DNA from: Clostridiales bacterium
GTDB lineage: Bacteria > Bacillota > Clostridia > HGM11327
Assembly (NCBI GenBank): GCA_015056475.1
Contig: SVGF01000003.1
Span: forward strand, 1-45,094
DNA: 45,094 nt
Reading direction: 5' to 3'
Shown here: positions 17,465 to 27,357 of the stretch, in pieces
Layout: the number at the start of each line of letters is the position of its first letter
Position numbering within the stretch: the first letter of the stretch is position 1
Made by a program: the position numbers and the translations under genes
Notes under the pieces: model-generated
The model's database searches: none
Told to the model about the DNA's origin: nothing
Seen by the model: only the letters and a program-made list of their open reading frames with translations

Positions 17465-18706
17465 TTACTTTTTTAACACCATTTTCAAAATATTACCTAT
17501 TTTGGGCGGTGTGCCGTAAAGCAAAACGCCAACCCTGTATATTTTTGCTGAAAGAACACCTATTCCGATAGTTGATGCAATAAGTATTACTATAGAAATT
17601 GCAATTTCGTACCACAAAACCGTACTCATACAAATTCTCGTGAACATTGCCATGGGTGACGTAAACGGAATATACGAGCATATAAGCATTGCGGCATTAT
17701 CAACAGAACCACTGGTCATTGAGAACATAACCACCATAAATGCAATTATAAATAAGTACGTAATGGGCATTACGGATGTGTTGATATCCTCAAGCTTTGA
17801 AGCGGTTGAACCAACTGCACCAAACATAAACGCATAAATGAGGAATCCCAGAACAAAGAAAACTATCAAATAGATGAAGAGTTCAACAGGAATATCAAAT
17901 ATGGATGCGATCAAAGGATTTGAGAGTGATTCCTTATTAACGTTGTAGAGCAAAATTGCCGTACCAAACACCAGCACAAGCTGTGAGAATCCTGCAATAC
18001 ATGATGCAAGCACCTTGCCAAACATCATACTTGTTGGTTTTGCACTTGTTACCAATACCTCCATTGCACGTGAGCTCTTTTCAGTTGCTACGTTTGTTGC
18101 AACCATCTGACCGTAAAGGAGTATTACCATATACAACGCAAAGATCATTATGTAGGTATAAAAGAAATTCTGCATCTGATCCTTACCGAGTGTTTCGGTG
18201 ATGCTCTCGATCTGAACGGACATTATTTCGCCTGCAATATCGGGAGAAAGCCCGTTTTGTATCATTGCGTTGATCCTATATACCTCTTGGAGGACGGAAT
18301 TTGCTATTTCGGTATTTGTATCATACATTGAAAGATTATTAACGTAATAAGTGTATGACGCTGCGCTGTTCATAACGAATGCACATTCAGCCTCACCCGT
18401 AACGACGGACTCCTTTATGCTTTCTACAGAGTCTTTAACTGCTTTAACGTCGTAATCCGCAAAAGCATTTGCAAAGTACTCTTTTACAAGCGTTGAAAGA
18501 GTTTCATCCTCAGCATATACGAGCATAACGGGAAGATCTGTTGGGGGTGTATCGCTACCGTCGCTCGATTCAAATGCAGAAATTATATTAGGAATGAACA
18601 TAACTATTGCTATGAGCGCGATCATAAATACAGTAAAGCCCACGAAGGTTTTATTCTTTACGTATCCCTTTAACTCAAATTTTAATATTTTACTGAATTG
18701 TTTCAT
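17465..18706 (-). CDS. ABC-2 transporter permease (NatB/YhaP-like)
   Basis: TEKSSRAMEVL, GKV, SYIPFTSPMAM and AKIYRVGVL motifs. Confidence 0.9.
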   Translation of the reverse strand: MKQFSKILKFELKGYVKNKTFVGFTVFMIALIAIVMFIPNIISAFESSDGSDTPPTDLPVMLVYAEDETLSTLVKEYFANAFADYDVKAVKDSVESIKESVVTGEAECAFVMNSAASYTYYVNNLSMYDTNTEIANSVLQEVYRINAMIQNGLSPDIAGEIMSVQIESITETLGKDQMQNFFYTYIMIFALYMVILLYGQMVATNVATEKSSRAMEVLVTSAKPTSMMFGKVLASCIAGFSQLVLVFGTAILLYNVNKESLSNPLIASIFDIPVELFIYLIVFFVLGFLIYAFMFGAVGSTASKLEDINTSVMPITYLFIIAFMVVMFSMTSGSVDNAAMLICSYIPFTSPMAMFTRICMSTVLWYEIAISIVILIASTIGIGVLSAKIYRVGVLLYGTPPKIGNILKMVLKK

Positions 18707-18717
18707 TATTTTTCTCC

Positions 18718-19608
18718 TTAGATCTGCTCGCCTGCGTATTCCACGAAAATATCATTCAACGACGGCTCAAACACCTTTATCTCATCAATATCATAATTCT
18801 CAACGATATGCTTCATCATAGCCTGCTTTTGGCCGGGATCTGAAAGCTGAATGAGTAAGCTTTGATCCTCTCGCTCAATGCAAGCGTCGCCAAGATCCGC
18901 CTTTATGGCTTTGGGGTTGGTTGTACTCACCACAAGCTTATCGCGGACGTAATTTCTCTTTATGTCGTGCAGGTCACCGCTGATAGCGACCTTGCCTGCA
19001 TTAATTATGGCAATACTGTCACAGAATTCTTCTATATAGCTCATCTGATGGCTTGAGAATAAAACTATTTTGCCCTTTGATATCTGTTCTTTTACTACGT
19101 CCTTCAAAAGCATTGCGTTTACGGGGTCAAGTCCCGAGAATGGCTCGTCGAGAATTACTATGTCGGGATCATGCGCAAGGGCTGTGATGAGCTGTATCTT
19201 CTGCTGATTACCCTTTGACAAAGTATCAAGGCGCTTGTTGCGGTATTCCGTCATGCCAAGCCTTGAAAGCCAATAATCTATGGACTTTACAGCATCCTTT
19301 GTTTTCATACCCTTGAGCTCTGCAAAATACGTGAGCTGATCTATTATTATCTTTTTGGGATACAAACCCCTCTCCTCGGGGAGATAGCCTATACCTATCT
19401 TGTCGTAATTTATGGGCTCGCCGTCAATAAGGACTTCGCCGTTATTTGCAGGAAATACGTTCATCAAAATACGGATGGACGTGGTCTTTCCCGCGCCGTT
19501 TCTACCCAATAATCCGAATGCTTTACCTCCTTCAGCTTTAAAGCTTACGCCCTTTAACACTTCCTTTTCACCAAAGGATTTATCAATATTTCTTAATTCA
19601 AGTATCAT
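18718..19608 (-). CDS. ABC transporter ATP-binding protein (NatA/YhaQ-like)
   Basis: Walker A GRNGAGKT, YLPEERGLY, LSKGNQQK, ILDEPFSGLD and EPSLNDIF motifs. Confidence 0.95.
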   Translation of the reverse strand: MILELRNIDKSFGEKEVLKGVSFKAEGGKAFGLLGRNGAGKTTSIRILMNVFPANNGEVLIDGEPINYDKIGIGYLPEERGLYPKKIIIDQLTYFAELKGMKTKDAVKSIDYWLSRLGMTEYRNKRLDTLSKGNQQKIQLITALAHDPDIVILDEPFSGLDPVNAMLLKDVVKEQISKGKIVLFSSHQMSYIEEFCDSIAIINAGKVAISGDLHDIKRNYVRDKLVVSTTNPKAIKADLGDACIEREDQSLLIQLSDPGQKQAMMKHIVENYDIDEIKVFEPSLNDIFVEYAGEQI

Positions 19609-19609
19609 T

Positions 19610-20389
19610 TTACACCTCTGAATTATTATTCATTTCATCAACCGTTTTGCACGGCTTTGCTGTCATTTCCACCCAAGCAGGTCTGAATCCGCTTTTGATG
19701 GCGTTTCTTACCGATTTAATATTGCTCCATGCAACACAATAAAAAGGCACGATGCCTCTGTTCAATATTTCTATTGCAAGCCTTGCTGTAAGTGCACAAG
19801 CTATTCCCTGCCTGCGATAGCTCGGCAATACGTCAACACCTATCTGCCACATGGTGTCACAATCGGCTGAGCAAGCGGCTAAACCGACTAATTTTTCACC
19901 GTCATAAGCACCTACACCGAGCACGTCAAGATGCTTTCTGTCCTCACATAGTGCATTTTCCCACTCGGTTGTGTAGAGATCTACAAAATCATCTTGGGAT
20001 AGAATTCTCATCTCATAGGGGCACTCGAGAGGTTTAAGAGCGTTAACGTCGGGTAGAAAGTATTCAGCCATAAAGCATATTTTTTGGCCTTTGGCAATTA
20101 AAGCGTCGTTCAAAACGTGGAGATTAGGAGTTTCAAACAAATGCTCAACGGGATATTTATTTATATAATCCTGCGTTATATCATAGAACTCCTCCGATAC
20201 GGAGGCCACAACGTTATTGCCGTAGGACACAAGCTGGCAGCTAAACGGAAGCTTTAAGTATTTTCTGGCATCGGCGTTATTCTTTGAAATAACTATGACG
20301 TTTTCTTGTTTTGTAAAATCGCACGGGTCCGCAGATATATCTATTGCGGATTGAGCCATTGCGATATTTAATATTTCAGTATTATTCAT
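19610..20389 (-). CDS. GNAT family N-acetyltransferase
   Basis: WQIGVDVLPSYRRQGIA acetyl-CoA motif and SNIKSVRNAIKSGF. Start moved to ATG 20389 after AAGGA. Confidence 0.88.
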   Translation of the reverse strand: MNNTEILNIAMAQSAIDISADPCDFTKQENVIVISKNNADARKYLKLPFSCQLVSYGNNVVASVSEEFYDITQDYINKYPVEHLFETPNLHVLNDALIAKGQKICFMAEYFLPDVNALKPLECPYEMRILSQDDFVDLYTTEWENALCEDRKHLDVLGVGAYDGEKLVGLAACSADCDTMWQIGVDVLPSYRRQGIACALTARLAIEILNRGIVPFYCVAWSNIKSVRNAIKSGFRPAWVEMTAKPCKTVDEMNNNSEV

Positions 20390-20441
20390 ATTTTTCCTTT
20401 TATCAAACGCATTGTGCATACAAGTGAATGCTTTATCTAAA

Positions 20442-20470
20442 ATTATAACATATTTTGGCAAGGTAGTCAA
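20442..20470 (-). promoter_or_regulatory. Sigma-A promoter for the GNAT-ABC accessory run
   Basis: TTGACT-17 nt-TATAAT with extended -10 TG. Confidence 0.75.
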
Positions 20471-20483
20471 TGTAAAATATTTA

Positions 20484-20512
20484 GAATAACATGAGTTTTT
20501 GCGCCATAGACT
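20484..20512 (+). promoter_or_regulatory. Possible sigma-E-type (sporulation) promoter
   Basis: GAATAAC-14 nt-CATAGACT resembles the B. subtilis sigma-E consensus. Confidence 0.35.
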
Positions 20513-20538
20513 ATATCAAAAATCGTTTTGGGGGTTAT

Positions 20539-21063
20539 ATGAAGAGATCGATAGGATTATGGCAATTATCAGGGTTTTCTTTTACATCACTTTTGGGTAC
20601 TGTTCTGCATTTTTTGTACGAATGGTCAAACGAGGCAGTATGGGTTGCGCCGTTTTCGGGCGTGAACGAATCGACGTGGGAGCATATGAAGCTGTTATTC
20701 TGGGCAACGTTTGCTTTTGCTGTGATACAGAGCTTTTTCTTTAAGGATACAAAGGGCTTCTGGTGTGTGAAATTAAGAGGAATAGCTTTGGGGCTGATAC
20801 TGATCCCCGTTATATTCTATACGTACAATGGAGTTGTAGCAAAGTCGCCCGATTGGATAAATATTGCGATATTCTATATTGCAGCGGGTGTTGCTTATGC
20901 TTTTGAAGCAAGACTCTTTTACTCGGATGCAATGGAGTGCAGATCATCCGGTGCTGCTTTTGTTACGCTTTGCATAATAGGAATAACGTTTGGGGTGTTT
21001 ACGTTTATTACTCCGGAGATCGGGATATTCCGCGACCCGATGACGGGTGGGTATGGAATCTGA
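20539..21063 (+). CDS. DUF6512-like membrane protein
   Basis: GTVLHFLY and VNESTWEHMKL motifs, multiple TM segments. Start at ATG 20539 after GGGGG. Confidence 0.72.
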   Translation: MKRSIGLWQLSGFSFTSLLGTVLHFLYEWSNEAVWVAPFSGVNESTWEHMKLLFWATFAFAVIQSFFFKDTKGFWCVKLRGIALGLILIPVIFYTYNGVVAKSPDWINIAIFYIAAGVAYAFEARLFYSDAMECRSSGAAFVTLCIIGITFGVFTFITPEIGIFRDPMTGGYGI

Positions 21064-21137
21064 ATCGGAAGAAATATGAGGTGAAGCAACAAATATTATT
21101 GTTTTGGATAAGTGATGTTATGATACAAAATTATTAC

Positions 21138-21166
21138 TTGACAAACAAATTACAGTATTGTATAAT
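21138..21166 (+). promoter_or_regulatory. Sigma-A promoter
   Basis: Perfect TTGACA-17 nt-TATAAT. Confidence 0.85.
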
Positions 21167-21197
21167 GGACTATATAAAATATTTTTAGGAGAAAACC

Positions 21198-24077
21198 ATG
21201 AATTTTAAGAAAATTTTTATAGTTCTGCTTTTTGCGTGTATGTGTTTTTTCAGCGCATGCGGTGTTGACTCAGACGTAACCGTTCTTGAGCTCAACGGCG
21301 ATATAACTATTTCTGCCGACGGTAGCATTACATGTGACGGTAAACTGATATCCGGTTCAAAAAACACAAATCTCAAATCATCTGCCGAATACGTTATTAA
21401 GCAGGACGGCAGTATTATTGTACGAGTGGACGGCAACGAATATCTTATTCAGAAAGACGTTGACGTTGTTATTCCCGCAAAGGATGCAGATATTCCACAG
21501 ATAACTACTTCATCAAACAATATCTACTCCATACCGCTGGACGGAATAAACGTTGGTAACACAACTATAACGCACGATTGCTCGATAGTTTCGGGCGATA
21601 ACAAGATCACTTCCGATGAGAACGGTAATATGGTTATTTCCACGTCAAAGGGTGACTATATCATAAACAAAAAGGACGTTAAACCATTGAGTTCAAACGA
21701 CGATACTGTCAGCGTTACCTTGCCCGACGGACAAACTGTCGGCGTCACCGATATTATGGACATCATCAACGGAATTTCCATTAACCTTGACGGTTCAATA
21801 ACTATCGACGGCTCGATCGTATCAAATTCTGACGAAGGCATTACGCTTTCAACCGAGTTTGGTGATTATTCCGCAAACGTCAATAACGTTACTATTTCTG
21901 CAGAGGAGGTAAAAAACCTCGTATATCAAATAACAGGTGAGGACGGCAATGTTCTTGACTTGATAAATCTTGCAAAGGATATTACCATTGACAAAAACGG
22001 TAACGTTGTAACGCCCAACGGTACTATCTCCATTCAAGACGGTATGGTTACGATAGATGCACCAAAAAAGAGCACTGCTTACATACTGCCCAACGGAATT
22101 GTGGTTGACAGAGGCGCCATTGAGCGTAACAAGGACGGCACTGTAATATTGCCCGAAACAGTAACCACATTCACCACCGAAGACGATCAGGTTGTCGTTG
22201 TGTATGAAAATGAAATGAAATTTACTCCCGACAATTTGTGTTATGAATATACTTATTGGACATTTACCACTCTTGACGGTTTTGGCAACTATTCATCCAA
22301 CCGAGTTGCAAAGACTAATAACAAAGCCGCTTTTGTCACAGTCACACTCTATGATTATAATTATCTTGATGAATGGAATGAACCTAGAATGATCTATGTC
22401 GAAACAACTTGGATAAGTGATTCCGAGTTGGTAGAGCACTCCGATTACGAATACGATGCAGACGGCTTTAACACACAAATTACATCTCAAATATGTAACC
22501 CTGTTACACGGGAAAGATCCAAGACCGTTACCGTATTCACTAAGGATGATCCGTTTTATTGTGCGATTTATTCTTATGATAAAAATGACAAGCTGATCAA
22601 TCATACAGAAATACATAACTTTGACGATCCTGATATCTCATTCCCGCAGGTTTACAAGAGATTCAATTCAAACGGTGTTTTAGTTCATTATTCCGAAATG
22701 GACAAGACAGGTACGGAAATAGTAGTTTGCGAGTATGCAGATGACGGTACACTTCTCCGCCACACAACGCCCAACTCCTCAACTTACTACAATGAGGACG
22801 GTACACACACCATGGAATATTGGTATGCTGACGGCTCCGGCGGTTATATCACCACTTATGCAACAGGTGATTCGCTTGAAAACATAAGAGATACTCAAGA
22901 CAGATACATTTATCAGAAGTATTACGACAGCAATGGCGAGCTTATTAATTACTTTCACTATCAGTATGACATTGATGGCTATGCCAAGATCACCACAATC
23001 ATCAGAAATAATTATGACCAATCAACGCCTTATAAGACCATGATCTATGAAAATGCAGATGAAATTACTCTACTGCGCCAAGAATATACCATTGATGAGA
23101 AGTTGATTTCTGAACTTAAATACGCTGATGACGGAACACCGATCTACATAGAGTATTTTGACAGCTCAACCAACACTCACACATCTACTTATTATAATGT
23201 TGACGGATGGTGGTATGTTGAAACCTGTAACTATTATTCCACAGGTGAAAAAAGAATATCTTATGCAAAAAAGCTTGAAAATAAGGGTTACGAAGGTATT
23301 GAACAGGATTTCGTTGAAAAAGCAATCAAGGTAATATATTACTACTCTAACGGCAATGTTTATTCAATAAGCGAATATGATGAGGATTTTGAAAATAACT
23401 TCCCCATTTTATTTGAGAGATACAACCAGGACGGAGCTCTTATTTATAAGGAATCCTTAAATCATTCTCTTGAGCATATGGAGGACGGCACTATTGTTGA
23501 AATGTTTAAGAATGATGACGGTTCAATAAGGCGCATTACAATTTATCCTAATGGAAGCAAATATGAAACAGTTACAAATGCTCAAGGTGAACAAACATAT
23601 GAAGCAAACTATGACACTAACGGTGATCTTTTATTCTCATCCTCTACTGAATACAACGTTGACGGTTATGCAAAAAAGGTAACCTCCATTCTCGAATATA
23701 ACACGGATTCAAATATATACAAAACCATCAAATGCTATAACCATCAAGTTATTCTTGTCAGTGATATGAGCTACAACAAAAATGGAGTACTCGTAGAAGA
23801 TACCCAATATGACGATGACGGAAACTGTCTCTATATTAAAACATATCACGATACTGGAAGTCCAAAAAACGCATTGGAATTTGATTACAATGTTGACGGT
23901 TGGTATTACGTAACAAAAGGTTATTCGTACCCATCGGGGAAAATAATATCTTACAGTTACCACGATCATAACCTCTTGTGCAGAAAATATGTTGCTTACC
24001 TTGACGACGGAACCTTGTGGTGGATAAGTGAGTATGACGAAAACGGTAACGAAATATACACCAAATACTATATATAA
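21198..24077 (+). CDS. Large lipoprotein with N-terminal beta-hairpin (DG/NG) repeats and C-terminal YD/MORN-like repeats
   Basis: Signal peptide with FSAC lipobox; many YDxxG/YNVDG units; AGGAG RBS; own promoter and terminator. Confidence 0.75.
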   Translation: MNFKKIFIVLLFACMCFFSACGVDSDVTVLELNGDITISADGSITCDGKLISGSKNTNLKSSAEYVIKQDGSIIVRVDGNEYLIQKDVDVVIPAKDADIPQITTSSNNIYSIPLDGINVGNTTITHDCSIVSGDNKITSDENGNMVISTSKGDYIINKKDVKPLSSNDDTVSVTLPDGQTVGVTDIMDIINGISINLDGSITIDGSIVSNSDEGITLSTEFGDYSANVNNVTISAEEVKNLVYQITGEDGNVLDLINLAKDITIDKNGNVVTPNGTISIQDGMVTIDAPKKSTAYILPNGIVVDRGAIERNKDGTVILPETVTTFTTEDDQVVVVYENEMKFTPDNLCYEYTYWTFTTLDGFGNYSSNRVAKTNNKAAFVTVTLYDYNYLDEWNEPRMIYVETTWISDSELVEHSDYEYDADGFNTQITSQICNPVTRERSKTVTVFTKDDPFYCAIYSYDKNDKLINHTEIHNFDDPDISFPQVYKRFNSNGVLVHYSEMDKTGTEIVVCEYADDGTLLRHTTPNSSTYYNEDGTHTMEYWYADGSGGYITTYATGDSLENIRDTQDRYIYQKYYDSNGELINYFHYQYDIDGYAKITTIIRNNYDQSTPYKTMIYENADEITLLRQEYTIDEKLISELKYADDGTPIYIEYFDSSTNTHTSTYYNVDGWWYVETCNYYSTGEKRISYAKKLENKGYEGIEQDFVEKAIKVIYYYSNGNVYSISEYDEDFENNFPILFERYNQDGALIYKESLNHSLEHMEDGTIVEMFKNDDGSIRRITIYPNGSKYETVTNAQGEQTYEANYDTNGDLLFSSSTEYNVDGYAKKVTSILEYNTDSNIYKTIKCYNHQVILVSDMSYNKNGVLVEDTQYDDDGNCLYIKTYHDTGSPKNALEFDYNVDGWYYVTKGYSYPSGKIISYSYHDHNLLCRKYVAYLDDGTLWWISEYDENGNEIYTKYYI

Positions 24078-24102
24078 TTAAGTATTGTTAAAGCTATATA
24101 AT

Positions 24103-24135
24103 AAAGCTCCGAATTAAATATCGGAGCTTTTTATT
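24103..24135. terminator. Bidirectional intrinsic terminator
   Basis: AAAGCTCCGA/TCGGAGCTTT stem with A/T tails. Confidence 0.85.
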
Positions 24136-24143
24136 GTACTGAT

Positions 24144-25208
24144 TTATAATTCAACTACATTCGCCGTCAGCAATGCCGCAACTCTTATTACGTGCCCCTC
24201 GGATTCCGGAGATTTTTTGCCCGTCACCTCAAACTTCAGAGTGTGCTTACCATATTCAAGATCATCTGCAAAAAATGCACATGAATCTCTGTCAAAGGAA
24301 TTTGCGTAAGTGTCCCATTGATTAAACTCGCAAACGAATTTATCATCGATGTAAACGTTTGTTATGCCGCTATCCTTTTCGATCCTGGTATATGCGGCAC
24401 AAACTGTGCCCTCAAAGTCTATCTCAAGTGTTTGCCCCTTTGTATCGGCACAGAAGTACCTTAAATTTCCGCCGTACGTTGTTACCCTTTTTGAGAGCAA
24501 AAAGTCGCCTCTTGCTTCTTTCAACTCCTCAGCGGGAATCATAACCGGTGATATAAAATCCTTGTCTGTGACCGGCTGTTGAGGGAATTCAAACGTAAAT
24601 TCCGCATCAGGCAGCACTCTGGTGATCTCATCAAAATACACGCTGTAGCCGAGGTCGTTTGGATGCACGGTGTCGGTAATGTATTTTTTCTTGTCACCGC
24701 ACTCGCATATTTTGTCGTAAAGCGGTTTACCCATATAAATTACCGGGACACCGTAAGCCTTTGCTATATTTGCCTGCCCCTTTACAGTAACCTTGTACCC
24801 GTGAGCATTCTCACCCTCAGCGTTATAATTACCGTCGCAATATGCTATCAAAAGCACTATGGGAAGGGTTGGGTCGTGTCGTCTTGACGTACGTATCAAG
24901 CCCTCTACGTATGGCAGCATATCAGCATTGCCGCAATCGTTAACAGCGTATTCAATAAAAAGAACGTCGGGAGCTTTGTCAAGCACCTGCTTTTGAAGCC
25001 TGAAAAGACCAAACATGGACGTTGTGCCACCTATTGCGGCATTGATTTCTGTAACGCTTGCCTCGGGGAACGCATCTGCTATGTATTGAGTTACACGGGA
25101 TGAGTAACGGTTGGCGCTTTTGGATGCACCTGCGCCCTCTGTGAGCGAGCCGCCTATGAATGCCACGTTGATATCGGTTTTGTCCTTTAATGATTCAAAC
25201 AGCTTCAT
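24144..25208 (-). CDS. SGNH/GDSL hydrolase (probable carbohydrate esterase) with C-terminal beta-sandwich
   Basis: FIGGSLTEG (block I), AIGGT, EYAVND (block III) and DTVHPN (block V). Confidence 0.88.
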   Translation of the reverse strand: MKLFESLKDKTDINVAFIGGSLTEGAGASKSANRYSSRVTQYIADAFPEASVTEINAAIGGTTSMFGLFRLQKQVLDKAPDVLFIEYAVNDCGNADMLPYVEGLIRTSRRHDPTLPIVLLIAYCDGNYNAEGENAHGYKVTVKGQANIAKAYGVPVIYMGKPLYDKICECGDKKKYITDTVHPNDLGYSVYFDEITRVLPDAEFTFEFPQQPVTDKDFISPVMIPAEELKEARGDFLLSKRVTTYGGNLRYFCADTKGQTLEIDFEGTVCAAYTRIEKDSGITNVYIDDKFVCEFNQWDTYANSFDRDSCAFFADDLEYGKHTLKFEVTGKKSPESEGHVIRVAALLTANVVEL

Positions 25209-25213
25209 GATAT

Positions 25214-25558
25214 TTAACCCATGTTTTCTGGTAACTGCTTGCCTGCAAGCACGTGGAAATGAAGATGCTTAACGGACTGTCTTGCATCGTCACCGTGATT
25301 TGTGATGATTCTGTAGCCGCTTTCTGAAATGCCCTCAGCCTTTGCTATCAGCGGAATGGTTGCAAAAATATGCGCAACGATATCAGCATTGTCATTTGTA
25401 ATATGATCGGCGGACGGAATATGCTCCTTTGGAATAACCAAAAGATGCACCGGCGCCATGGGAGCAATATCTCTGAAGCAGAGTATCTTATCATCTTCAT
25501 ATACCTTGTTTGACGGGATATCGCCCGCAACTATTTTGCAAAAAATACAATTATCCAT
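25214..25558 (-). CDS. hinT: Histidine triad nucleotide-binding protein
   Basis: CIFCKI, HLLVIPK and QSVKHLHFHVL motifs. Confidence 0.93.
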   Translation of the reverse strand: MDNCIFCKIVAGDIPSNKVYEDDKILCFRDIAPMAPVHLLVIPKEHIPSADHITNDNADIVAHIFATIPLIAKAEGISESGYRIITNHGDDARQSVKHLHFHVLAGKQLPENMG

Positions 25559-25588
25559 AAGTTTTTCTCCTTTGTGTTTTTCAATATT

Positions 25589-25617
25589 ATTTTACCACAA
25601 CAAAATGCATATGTCAA
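25589..25617 (-). promoter_or_regulatory. Sigma-A promoter for hinT-SGNH
   Basis: TTGACA-17 nt-TAAAAT with extended -10 TG. Confidence 0.7.
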
Positions 25618-25626
25618 CTTAAATGC

Positions 25627-26511
25627 TTATTTCTTTTGTAAAACGTCCGAAAGCTTTGCGCTTGTGCCAAAAACTACAGCCATATCCAGCAGATCACCCT
25701 CGGTGAATTCGCATATCACATTAAAATCATTGTCAACTATTCTGTAAGTATTCACCGTGTCGTGTCCGCCTGCCTTAAGCGCATCTCTTATGCTCGCCGT
25801 ATTTATTACGTAAATGCATTTTGAAACAAGCGTTACGTGCTTTTTTAAGTCCTTATCCTTGTTGATTATGTTGCTTACAAAATTTGACGTGCATTTTCTT
25901 TTGTCCGATATTGCGTAGTGAACAAATAACAGCGTTATTAAAAGCAGCTGCCACACAAACTCACCCTCGGCAACAGCCAGAAATACAAACGCCCCAAAAA
26001 TTGCTCCCGCAAATATCAAGCTCACAACAAATAATATATTTGTTGCACGCCTTTCGTTAAAGCATCTCAGCAAGATCGCCTTAAAAGCGTTACCGCCGTC
26101 AAACGGACAAACAGGCAAAAGACTCACCGCAGCAATAAAGCCGTTAACGAGCGCTGTCTGCATCAACAGCAAAGAATCCGAGGCTACACCCATTGCCCAG
26201 CTCACGCAAAATATCATCACGTTTGTAAAAGGCGCAAATAAATACAGCGCAACCTTTCTTGAAAGGCTGTGCTTACCCGTCACGTCAACGCTTAAGATCC
26301 CACCCGTTGGCAAAAGCACGAATGATGAAACGTCCATTTCAAACAAATGTGCCGCCAAAAGATGCGAAAGCTCATGTATTGCAAATGACGGCAGAAGCAA
26401 AAGCCATAGCCCAAGCCCTCCGCTGATGCACACAGCAATCACCGCAGGAATCACAAGCACGTCAAAGTAGAGCGAAACGCCCCTCAAAGAGCCTACGTAT
26501 ACTCTGCTCAC
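25627..26511 (-). CDS. spoIVFB: M50 site-2 metalloprotease, SpoIVFB-like
   Basis: HELSH zinc motif, LLPVCPFDGG motif, C-terminal CBS-like region; overlaps the upstream M23-like gene as in the spoIVF operon. Confidence 0.72.
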   Translation of the reverse strand: MSRVYVGSLRGVSLYFDVLVIPAVIAVCISGGLGLWLLLLPSFAIHELSHLLAAHLFEMDVSSFVLLPTGGILSVDVTGKHSLSRKVALYLFAPFTNVMIFCVSWAMGVASDSLLLMQTALVNGFIAAVSLLPVCPFDGGNAFKAILLRCFNERRATNILFVVSLIFAGAIFGAFVFLAVAEGEFVWQLLLITLLFVHYAISDKRKCTSNFVSNIINKDKDLKKHVTLVSKCIYVINTASIRDALKAGGHDTVNTYRIVDNDFNVICEFTEGDLLDMAVVFGTSAKLSDVLQKK

Positions 26512-27245
26512 GCGCTGACACCATTTTCAAAGCACTTTTGCGGGTCTAAAACGTTTCCGTCAACGTGCACTTCCATATAGAGATAGTATTCGCCGTCCTT
26601 ACCCTGAGAGAGGCTTGCTATTGCAGTACTTGTGTCGACCGCATCACCGTTTGAAACTATTATTCCGTCACAACAGCCGTAGATCACCTTTATTCGGGGG
26701 GATTCCACCGTAACGTAATTTCCAAGAACGTTATTATTGCCTACCTCGGTAACGCTTCCTGAGTGGGATGACATTACAAGCTCGGGAGTGGGAGATGATA
26801 TCAATATGCCAAAGCATTGCGCGCCGTTTTGATCGCGCTGCCCGTAGCCCAGCACAACATTGCCTTCCGTCGGGAATTTGAGATAATCTTCTTCATCCCC
26901 AAAAACAGACGCCGATCCACCGTTTACCAATGCATCAACGAATTTTTCCACGCTGTACTCCTCGGGGATGGAATAATTGCATTGCGACCACGCACAAAGC
27001 GCATCAAAAACGTAATTAACCGTGGAATCGTTGCTGTTTTTCATAAGCATTACCGCGCTGAATATTGTAATGCAGATTATTACTCTTATTAAAAAGCTGC
27101 CGATAAAGGATTCATCCTCGTCATGCTTTGGAACGCCTCTTTGTATTCTGTTGGAATGCTCAGCTTGTGAGCTTGCTTGGGGCTGTTGAGGTGCAGGGCG
27201 CGGTCTTTTTGTTTGTCTGTATGAAAGATTAAAATATCGTTGCAT
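26508..27245 (-). CDS. spoIVFA: SpoIVFA-like membrane-anchored degenerate M23 domain protein
   Basis: Single TM then M23 fold lacking catalytic His (GSVTEVG...GNYVTV...YLYMEV...DP); synteny with spoIVFB. Confidence 0.65.
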   Translation of the reverse strand: MQRYFNLSYRQTKRPRPAPQQPQASSQAEHSNRIQRGVPKHDEDESFIGSFLIRVIICITIFSAVMLMKNSNDSTVNYVFDALCAWSQCNYSIPEEYSVEKFVDALVNGGSASVFGDEEDYLKFPTEGNVVLGYGQRDQNGAQCFGILISSPTPELVMSSHSGSVTEVGNNNVLGNYVTVESPRIKVIYGCCDGIIVSNGDAVDTSTAIASLSQGKDGEYYLYMEVHVDGNVLDPQKCFENGVSA

Positions 27246-27271
27246 TGTCTTCTCCGAATCATTTTTATAAT

Positions 27272-27300
27272 AATGTATTCAGTTGATAATAATTCCATGC
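27272..27300 (-). promoter_or_regulatory. Possible sigma-E promoter of spoIVF-like operon
   Basis: GCATGGA-14 nt-AATACATT; spoIVF is sigma-E-controlled in B. subtilis. Confidence 0.4.
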
Positions 27301-27304
27301 AACA

Positions 27305-27339
27305 AAAAAGCTTTCGCAATCCATTAAGACTGCGAAAGC
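27305..27339 (-). terminator. Intrinsic terminator of cysS
   Basis: GCTTTCGCA/TGCGAAAGC stem followed by a T-tract on the minus strand. Confidence 0.8.
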
Positions 27340-27357
27340 CAATGCTTTTATTTATAA

